Origin: a virus
Virus record (IMG/VR): IMGVR_UViG_3300047564_005910
Span: 32,001-96,000 of that record
Strand: one strand, 5' to 3'
Length of the DNA stretch: 64,000 bases
The notes beneath the pieces were generated by a model. It did no database searches. It saw nothing but the letters and a program-made list of their open reading frames with translations, and was not told the DNA's origin. This document shows, one piece after another, positions 46,758 through 53,510 of the stretch. A program made the position numbers and the translations under genes. Each line of letters starts with the position of its first letter. The first letter of the stretch is position 1.

Positions 46758-47061
46758 TTTTAAGTGATTTCTTAAATAGTCTTTTTGTATTCTTTGATTT
46801 TATAAGGGAAGGATAAAAATGCAATAAATTTAATAAAGATTCTTTTTCACTACTGGTACCTGTTATTTCAACAAACAGCTGTCTTAGAGATAGACTTTCT
46901 AAAACTGATGTAAAAAGAAAAACAGGGTTTATTTTTTTATTATTAATAATACTTAAAAACGAACCAAAGTTTAAAATGTTTAAAGCTACTTCTTTGTTGT
47001 AGAGCTGTCTTATAGGATCACTTTGCTCTAGAGCATTTAGTACTACTTTATCATTAAGCAT
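46744..47061 (-). CDS. Hypothetical protein (105 aa)
   Basis: ORF track; overlaps the next start. Confidence 0.65.
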   Translation of the reverse strand: MLNDKVVLNALEQSDPIRQLYNKEVALNILNFGSFLSIINNKKINPVFLFTSVLESLSLRQLFVEITGTSSEKESLLNLLHFYPSLIKSKNTKRLFKKSLKNDRT

Positions 47062-47092
47062 ATAAGTTAATTACTTATATACTGAGCTATAA

Positions 47093-48451
47093 TCAAGTAT
47101 TATTTTTAGTGCCTAATTTTTCTAAAGTTGTTTCAGCCTCGTTAATAGTTTTTTCAGAATTTTCAGACGAAAAGTAATCAGGGTTAGTTTCGGTAAGAGT
47201 TAGTGTCTCGTATTTTACTTTAAATGCACAACTACCGTAGTTAACACCAAAACGATTTTTCTGCATACCTAAATGTATAATACCTAGTTCTTTATCTTCT
47301 TCTTCTTGCCACAACGAACAAATAACGTCACATGTTGCGGCTAAGCCAATACTTTCAGAAATACTTTCCATACCAGGATTCGCTGAATTGAACGCTGGTC
47401 TATTAACCTGACTGGCTGTGACAAACGGTATATTAAACTTAAATGAAAGTGCTCGTAACTGCTCAGCAACTTCTTTTACTGATTCATACGAGTTTAAATT
47501 TTTTGTCGAAGGCTTTAAAAGATTTATATAGTCAATAACAACAATCTCAGGCTTAAAACCCTTACGGGTTAGCTTGGTTATATAACTATCGATGTTTCTT
47601 ACTGAAACAGTTTTTGGTGGGTATTCTTTTATAACTAGCTTACTTTCAATTTGTTTCCTTATATGACCGACCTGCTGTTTGAGCTCTTCTGTATAAAGCT
47701 TTAATTGGTTATGAGGTATTTGTGTAAGTTGGGTACTAATACGCTTAGCGTACATAAACTCTGACATCTCTAAAGAGATTAACAAAGTGTTGCGGTTACC
47801 CATTACCATATTTGCAGCTATATTACCCAATACAATACTTTTACCGATATTAACCTGACCAACAAAGCAGGTTAATGTTTTCGGGTAAAGGCCTCCCTCT
47901 AACTTTTCGTCTAAAAATTTCCAGTTAGTAGGTATCGGGTTATATACAGTTAGTAACTCTCTAATGTGTTCTTCAACATTATCAAAGTACCAATGACCCA
48001 TGTCTTCAACTAAGTTAATGCTATAAGCTTTTTCAAACTTTGTAAGTGTCTCTGCAATATCAGCCTTACCCTGAGAGTATTTTTCAGCTGTATCAACAAT
48101 AATTTTATATAAACTTCTTTCTTTTAAGAAGAGCTCTGTGTTAGCTATTAACTCTTCTTTGTTAAAATTAGTATCGAATTGTTTAAATGCATTTGCAACA
48201 CTGTTAAAAGCGTTTTTTTCTTCTTCAGTTGTTAACCGTGTCTTAACTTCTGTTAAGGTTGGACAGCTACCTCTCTCATTAAAAAATGAAACAATGGTCC
48301 CTAACACCGTTTTAACCTCTTTATTAGTAAAGAAATTAATATCTATGTGTTCAATAATTGAGGATAGATACTCCTGGCTTAAGAGTGAATTAAACAAGAT
48401 TACATACTCGTAGTAATCTAAATCCAGCTTAGAGGTGTTTGTAGACATCAA
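47093..48451 (-). CDS. gp41: Replicative DnaB-like helicase
   Basis: GQVNIGKS, ISLEMSE, IKEYPP, VIDYINLL, TASQVNR, ISESIGL, KNRFG. Confidence 0.93.
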   Translation of the reverse strand: MMSTNTSKLDLDYYEYVILFNSLLSQEYLSSIIEHIDINFFTNKEVKTVLGTIVSFFNERGSCPTLTEVKTRLTTEEEKNAFNSVANAFKQFDTNFNKEELIANTELFLKERSLYKIIVDTAEKYSQGKADIAETLTKFEKAYSINLVEDMGHWYFDNVEEHIRELLTVYNPIPTNWKFLDEKLEGGLYPKTLTCFVGQVNIGKSIVLGNIAANMVMGNRNTLLISLEMSEFMYAKRISTQLTQIPHNQLKLYTEELKQQVGHIRKQIESKLVIKEYPPKTVSVRNIDSYITKLTRKGFKPEIVVIDYINLLKPSTKNLNSYESVKEVAEQLRALSFKFNIPFVTASQVNRPAFNSANPGMESISESIGLAATCDVICSLWQEEEDKELGIIHLGMQKNRFGVNYGSCAFKVKYETLTLTETNPDYFSSENSEKTINEAETTLEKLGTKNNT

Positions 48452-49557
48452 TCGTCGATTTTATCGACTTCTTCTTCAAGTTCAACAGTATTGCTACCAC
48501 CGTAAGAAAGTTTTTCTTGTAAAACGTTTTCTAGCTCAGGCATAATCTGTTCCCAGAGAGCGGCATCTTTTTCAATATTTTTCCGATACCCAATACTTTT
48601 ACCTTGGAAGCTATAAGTTCTACCTTCTTGTTTAATAACGTCAAACGCAAGAGCAATATCAAACAAACCGGTATGTTTGTCTAAGCCTGATTTAAAGTTT
48701 AAATAAAGCTCAGTTTTTAAGAAGCTAGGTATAAAACGATTTTTTACCGTTAGTGCGCCAAGAGTTACCCCTGTAATATTATGCGCAATAGCAATACCTT
48801 CTTCTTCAGGATTCTCAGAAGCTTTTTCGTTCTTGGTACTAAGTTGTACTAAAATCGATGAAAGATAAACAGGTCCTTTACCTCCTGATTGAGTCTTAAC
48901 AAGAGTAGGAAACATTTCCATAGAATCATAAACGTGATTACTAAATAGAATAGGTACTCTAGCTTTTGCAGCTTTATACGTAAGTGTACGCATCATAGAT
49001 TTAATAGCCTTAGCTCTTTGACCGACGTCAGATGCATCCTTACCTGCAACAGCATCTCTAATCTCTTTGCCTGACGCTAAGTTACCTAGCGAATCGATAG
49101 AGATAATAAATTTTAGTTCAGGGTTGTCAGCTTTAATAACGTTATCTAAAAACGTTACAATTTGATTACGGCAATCCTCGATGGTTTCAACAGGATAGTA
49201 CTTCGTCTTAGCTGGATCCATACCAATGTTTTCAGCTCCTTTTTTATCAACTGCAACCTCTGAATCCCAAATTACAGCTATATACCCTTTCTTTTGAGCA
49301 TTAGCCATAATTTTGTTCATTATAAGTGTTTTACCAGCCATTGACGGTCCAGAAAAACCAGTAATACGACCTGACGGTACACCTTTATGTAGGGAACCAG
49401 AAAGAATAGCATTTAATGCGTAAGAACCTGTATCAATCCAGTCATCAGCAGTAGACAATGTACTGCTTTCTAGTATTGCGGCGTCTGGATTTAAATCGTC
49501 TACAGACTTAAAAATATCTTTTAGTGAATCAAGTGAATTAGATGCTTTTTTACCCAT
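48448..49557 (-). CDS. uvsX: RecA-like recombinase
   Basis: IDTGSYALN..LSG, GPSMAGKT, WDSE, IDSLGNL, SNHVY, SGGKG, KNRF. Confidence 0.93.
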   Translation of the reverse strand: MGKKASNSLDSLKDIFKSVDDLNPDAAILESSTLSTADDWIDTGSYALNAILSGSLHKGVPSGRITGFSGPSMAGKTLIMNKIMANAQKKGYIAVIWDSEVAVDKKGAENIGMDPAKTKYYPVETIEDCRNQIVTFLDNVIKADNPELKFIISIDSLGNLASGKEIRDAVAGKDASDVGQRAKAIKSMMRTLTYKAAKARVPILFSNHVYDSMEMFPTLVKTQSGGKGPVYLSSILVQLSTKNEKASENPEEEGIAIAHNITGVTLGALTVKNRFIPSFLKTELYLNFKSGLDKHTGLFDIALAFDVIKQEGRTYSFQGKSIGYRKNIEKDAALWEQIMPELENVLQEKLSYGGSNTVELEEEVDKIDD

Positions 49558-49563
49558 ACCAAT

Positions 49564-49591
49564 ATGATCGTTTCTTTTTTAAGAAAATCAA
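49564..49591 (-). promoter_or_regulatory. Promoter TTGATT-N16-GATCAT, 6 nt before uvsX ATG
   Basis: Same spacing as the other promoters in this window; -10 box is degenerate. Confidence 0.5.
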
Positions 49592-49597
49592 CTTTTA

Positions 49598-50200
49598 TTA
49601 AAAATGAACAATATAATCTATAGAATTTTCTCTAATGAAATTTTCAAAATAATTCAAATTCCAAGGATTATTTTTTCTCATATGAAAGTGCCATTCTATC
49701 GCTAAATGCTTCATGTAATTAAACGTATTGTCTAATAGCATTTTATCTAAAACTTCGCACTCTGCTCCTTCAATATCCATCTTTACATGTATATCATCTT
49801 CTTGGCTAAAATTGTTTTTAACAAAAGTAGAAAAATCAATACATTTTGTTTCCATTTCAACTTTTGGTGGCCATTCAGCCATATGATCTTTTTCTATATA
49901 CGTGGGTATTAAAAAATTTTCATGTAAGATGTTACTAGCACCACCTACCCACTTTTTTTCATACTTACAGAATTCAACATTTAATGTTCTTGATTCATTT
50001 TTATCCCAAACAGCAACGTTATGAATTTTTATATTTGGGTGGGTGTATTTTTCCTTTAAAATATCAAAACTATTTTTATTGGGTTCAAACATGTGGACTT
50101 CAGTATCATCCAACTGAAGCCCCCAATGCTTGAAGTACAGTTCAAATCCTGAACCGATTTGCGATCCGCAATCTAAAAATACTTTTTTATTCTTCGTCAT
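49598..50200 (-). CDS. FkbM-family SAM-dependent methyltransferase
   Basis: FLDCGSQIG, HMFEPN, HNVAVWD, VKMDIEGAE, IEWH. Confidence 0.88.
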   Translation of the reverse strand: MTKNKKVFLDCGSQIGSGFELYFKHWGLQLDDTEVHMFEPNKNSFDILKEKYTHPNIKIHNVAVWDKNESRTLNVEFCKYEKKWVGGASNILHENFLIPTYIEKDHMAEWPPKVEMETKCIDFSTFVKNNFSQEDDIHVKMDIEGAECEVLDKMLLDNTFNYMKHLAIEWHFHMRKNNPWNLNYFENFIRENSIDYIVHF

Positions 50201-50573
50201 CGAAGAGTTTAACCACGTCTTGATCTGCAGGTGCTTGGCCCGGAACAGGTTGTTCAGGCTGAGGCTGGGAAGCTAAACTCATAATTTGCTCATATTGAGC
50301 AATAATTTTAAAATCCAGAACCGGGTCTTTAACAAGAGCGATGCTGTCCTTTGTAAAGGAAACGATTACATCATCTGCTTTATCTGCTAAAAACTCTTTG
50401 AAAAAGAGAGGTAGAATCTGAAGAGATAACTGACCTGTTTGAGGGTTTGGCTGTAAGTGAAGTACAGCTGGATCTTTTACGGTTAAGGTTTTGTCGTTTG
50501 ATTCGACTTCTTGACCGATAATTGTACGGCTAACTGAGTCGAAGAACGCTACGATTTTTTTGTTGTTACTCAT
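50187..50573 (-). CDS. Hypothetical protein, possible Sm-like fold
   Basis: Beta-rich pattern RTIIG..LTVKDPAVL..LPLF..FTKDSI..IIAQYEQ resembling Sm-like proteins of T4-like phages; own promoter TTGCAT-N15-TATAAT at 50585-50611. Confidence 0.55.
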   Translation of the reverse strand: MSNNKKIVAFFDSVSRTIIGQEVESNDKTLTVKDPAVLHLQPNPQTGQLSLQILPLFFKEFLADKADDVIVSFTKDSIALVKDPVLDFKIIAQYEQIMSLASQPQPEQPVPGQAPADQDVVKLFDDEE

Positions 50574-50611
50574 ATGTCTTATATATTATAAAGTTTTTTT
50601 ATAAAATGCAA

Positions 50612-51559
50612 CTACTGACCCATAGCTTTTTTAGTGTAATATTTCGGGTTTACTAAAACAGGGGGTAGCATGTCAAAAGATGTAGCTCTACACGGATTAA
50701 TGTCTAATGAACCACGACGTGAGTATAGTAGAGTTACAGCACAAGAATCTACTTCAGGACATTTCATAATTTCTGTATAAAGCTTTTCAGCACAAAACTC
50801 GTGAAACTCGTTAACCTCTCTAAGAGAGACTACCTGTTTAAAAAGTGATTCAGGTTTAAGAACACAACCAAGGGTGTTAATTGAGATATAAGCGGCTCCT
50901 GTATCTTTTTGCTTTGTATGGCGGCAACGAGAGCGTAATGCATTAGTAAAGAATTTATTTGCATAAAGGGCTTTGTTTTCTTTTATACTATAACCAAAGC
51001 CCGAATAATTAACACTTTCAAATTCAAGATGATTTTTTTCTGCATTATAATCAGTAATTTCAATACTCTCAAGATCTTTATCTAAGAAAGATTGTAAATC
51101 AATATAACCTGTCATAGGGAAGATTTCATTAATCTCATCTCCTGACCTAAAAAACTTAACATCAACGGAAGTTTCTAAAGCTTTTTCGAGATCTGTCTTA
51201 ACTTGTAATTCGTAATTTTGAATAGCAGAATCAAGCGACTGGCCCATCTTACACATGTCAAAAGTATTAAGGTAAAGTTTAGCAGACTTCGATTCAACCA
51301 TATACTTAGAATCGGATGAATAGGTGTACTTTAAAGTACCAGCTATAGGTACACCGCTATTAAGAAGAAAAGTAGCTTCATGGCAGTGCCAAGTATCATA
51401 CCCAACAAATTCATCCCCTTTAATACCCCATCCATCTCGAGCGAGTTTACGGGGCATCGGGTTAAGAAGAGAGGGATCAAAACGGTCAGTGTAAACAGCA
51501 TAAGAGGCTGAAGACCCTAACGATTTTGAAGCGATATCGTTTAAGTTTGTTGTACTCAT
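50612..51559 (-). CDS. queF: NADPH-dependent preQ0 reductase, bimodular (YqcD-type) QueF
   Basis: QueF motif ESKSAKLYLN in the N-module; LRSRC....D catalytic Cys/Asp, NEFHEFC and YSRRGSLDINP in the C-module. Confidence 0.93.
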   Translation of the reverse strand: MSTTNLNDIASKSLGSSASYAVYTDRFDPSLLNPMPRKLARDGWGIKGDEFVGYDTWHCHEATFLLNSGVPIAGTLKYTYSSDSKYMVESKSAKLYLNTFDMCKMGQSLDSAIQNYELQVKTDLEKALETSVDVKFFRSGDEINEIFPMTGYIDLQSFLDKDLESIEITDYNAEKNHLEFESVNYSGFGYSIKENKALYANKFFTNALRSRCRHTKQKDTGAAYISINTLGCVLKPESLFKQVVSLREVNEFHEFCAEKLYTEIMKCPEVDSCAVTLLYSRRGSLDINPCRATSFDMLPPVLVNPKYYTKKAMGQ

Positions 51560-52104
51560 TGTTTTAAATATTTTTCTATTGTTTTCATTCTTTGCTCAAC
51601 AGAACCTTTAAGCCGAATGACTTTTTCTTTATTCTTCGGAGAAATTTTATACGTAATTAAATCTTCGAACAGAACAATTATATCATCTCTAAATTTAAAA
51701 TCCACAGAACGTTCTCCGTCATCGACTAATTTTACATCAGATGGATCTGTATAAAAAACGTAGTCTAACTTATCAAACAGTAAACTAAATACACTATTAA
51801 AAGCATGTAAAACATCTTCTTTTACCTTGCCTTGATTTACTTGATATTTTGTATAAACATAACCATCTAAAATACAACGATCAAGCATTAAATTTTCTTC
51901 CGGTTTAAGATGATTCTTAATATGTTCAGCTAAAATGTATAGTTGAGTTTCTGTACCGCCAATCTCATTAATCTTTACATCATACGTCCGGCGAACATAC
52001 CTCGTAACCTCATCAACAAACTTATAATCTTTATAAGTCTCTTTGCACTTATTTAGTAAGGTAGTTTTACCTGTACTCTGAGCACCTGTAAATGAAACTC
52101 TCAT
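51556..52104 (-). CDS. P-loop nucleoside/nucleotide kinase (AAA_28/NadR/thymidylate-kinase-like)
   Basis: N-terminal FTGAQSTGKTT, E-x-x-R, LDRCILD, DDGER lid, LKGSVEQR; promoter TTGATT-N15-TATAAT at 52111-52137. Confidence 0.8.
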   Translation of the reverse strand: MRVSFTGAQSTGKTTLLNKCKETYKDYKFVDEVTRYVRRTYDVKINEIGGTETQLYILAEHIKNHLKPEENLMLDRCILDGYVYTKYQVNQGKVKEDVLHAFNSVFSLLFDKLDYVFYTDPSDVKLVDDGERSVDFKFRDDIIVLFEDLITYKISPKNKEKVIRLKGSVEQRMKTIEKYLKQ

Positions 52105-52111
52105 ATCTTTA

Positions 52112-52648
52112 TTATAGTCTATATCTTAAAAAATCAACCCATAATTCAGAAGCAGCTTTATGAGTTTTAGTAAAAATTTCATCAAGAGTATTGTTTTTTA
52201 TATCAACAATATTTTGTGCTAGTATTGGCCCAGCATCTAATTCAGCAATACATTTGTGTATAGTGTTACCTGAGTATTTCAATTTTTCTTCAAAAGTACG
52301 AACTTGCGGGTCTTTACCCTTTAGGTGAGGGTACGTAACTAAAGGGGCTGGATGCAAATTATATATTTCGTACAAGTCACATATTTCAGGTGGTATGATA
52401 CGTAACCAACCGTGTAGTGTTACAAGAGATCTACTAGGTATAACATTTTTATATTCTTCTACTGTTGGTTTTTTTGGTAGCCAAATAAACTTGTCATGAA
52501 ATTCATCAAATAATTCGGGTTTAATTTCTAAAAATTTATCTTTAGTTTTATTTGTAATAATAAAATCAGGTACCCGGTTAAGAGTTTTTATTAAATTAAA
52601 GATTTCAGAACCTGTTTGACTAAACAGTGTTACCCAAGGTCTTTTCAT
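52112..52648 (-). CDS. PurN-like 10-formyl-THF-dependent formyltransferase (candidate preQ1 formyltransferase, DpdN-like)
   Basis: FSQTGSE, HGWLRII, YNLHPA (catalytic N-x-H), GNTIH...ELDAGPI (catalytic D). Confidence 0.85.
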   Translation of the reverse strand: MKRPWVTLFSQTGSEIFNLIKTLNRVPDFIITNKTKDKFLEIKPELFDEFHDKFIWLPKKPTVEEYKNVIPSRSLVTLHGWLRIIPPEICDLYEIYNLHPAPLVTYPHLKGKDPQVRTFEEKLKYSGNTIHKCIAELDAGPILAQNIVDIKNNTLDEIFTKTHKAASELWVDFLRYRL

Positions 52649-53475
52649 TTACAGAGATTTCTAAACTGCGTAATATTCCAAAAAGAGTCGTATACTTGCT
52701 GACTTGTTAGATTAGCATCAATAAAATCAACAAGTTTTACTGACCATTTTTCTGAAAGACCGGGACCCGGTTCATATCTTTTACCAAGAATGCCCGCAAC
52801 AATTGGATTTGAAGTATCAATAGTTTCAATATACTCACTCAAGTAATTATCAGAATATAGAGAAAATTCCCAAGGCAAAGATGCTCCGAGTAGATGATGT
52901 GGTTTGTCAACATCTAAAACGTCATTATCGTAAAGATCGTCAAGAAGCTTTACCCGGCCAATAGCATATTTAAACCATTTATTATCTTCATGGGACTTGA
53001 CAAATCCCGGTACATTAATTTGTGACCAGTCACAGTTATCTAGGTAATAAGAATAATCAAACGAAATAGCAATTTTATCAACCTTTGGTGCTACAAAACG
53101 ATAACAGTCAACAATATCCTGATAGGTCTTACCCTGTACAACACCAATTTTACGTCCAGGTAGATCAGAATACTTTGTTAGGAAGTTATCCATTGACATA
53201 CAAGTACCGGCTGTATCCTCTAAAACATCAGGGATAACATACTCGAAGGGTTTAAGTTCTTTGACCCAATACGCAAACTGATCCGGATCAAAAGAGGTTC
53301 CTAGCTCAAAAATAGAGTTATCTAATAGAACTCTGCGACCGTAATCTACGGATCTGAAATAAAATTCTTTGTACGCCTGATTCTCAGGCAATAAATGCAC
53401 CAAGCAATAATCATAGTCATTATAACCCCAAGAGTATGGAAGCAACGATACGGGTGTTTCGTGTGAGATTTTCAT
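52645..53475 (-). CDS. dpdA: Divergent TGT-fold base-exchange enzyme (DpdA/DpdA3-like 7-deazaguanine transglycosylase)
   Basis: TGT-barrel-like motifs in the expected order: LLDNSIFELG, IPDV, GVVQG, HHLLG, IDTSNP; coupled to formyltransferase and QueF. Confidence 0.7.
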   Translation of the reverse strand: MKISHETPVSLLPYSWGYNDYDYCLVHLLPENQAYKEFYFRSVDYGRRVLLDNSIFELGTSFDPDQFAYWVKELKPFEYVIPDVLEDTAGTCMSMDNFLTKYSDLPGRKIGVVQGKTYQDIVDCYRFVAPKVDKIAISFDYSYYLDNCDWSQINVPGFVKSHEDNKWFKYAIGRVKLLDDLYDNDVLDVDKPHHLLGASLPWEFSLYSDNYLSEYIETIDTSNPIVAGILGKRYEPGPGLSEKWSVKLVDFIDANLTSQQVYDSFWNITQFRNLCK

Positions 53476-53482
53476 AGAAGAA

Positions 53483-53510
53483 ATTATATACTAATTACAA
53501 AGTAAATCAA
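53483..53510 (-). promoter_or_regulatory. Promoter TTGATT-N16-TATAAT, 7 nt before the TGT-like ATG
   Basis: Read on the reverse strand; overlaps the 3' end of the polymerase gene. Confidence 0.7.

Noticed and set aside
52112-52648. Formyltransferase as an auxiliary purine-synthesis PurN
   Set aside because: No other pur genes in the window, and it overlaps the TGT-like gene next to queF. Not excluded, but context favours base modification.
50612-53475. Module as a tRNA queuosine pathway
   Set aside because: No QueA or QueG/H, no tRNA genes in the window, the TGT-like protein lacks the bacterial TGT zinc motif, and the genes follow the DNA polymerase.
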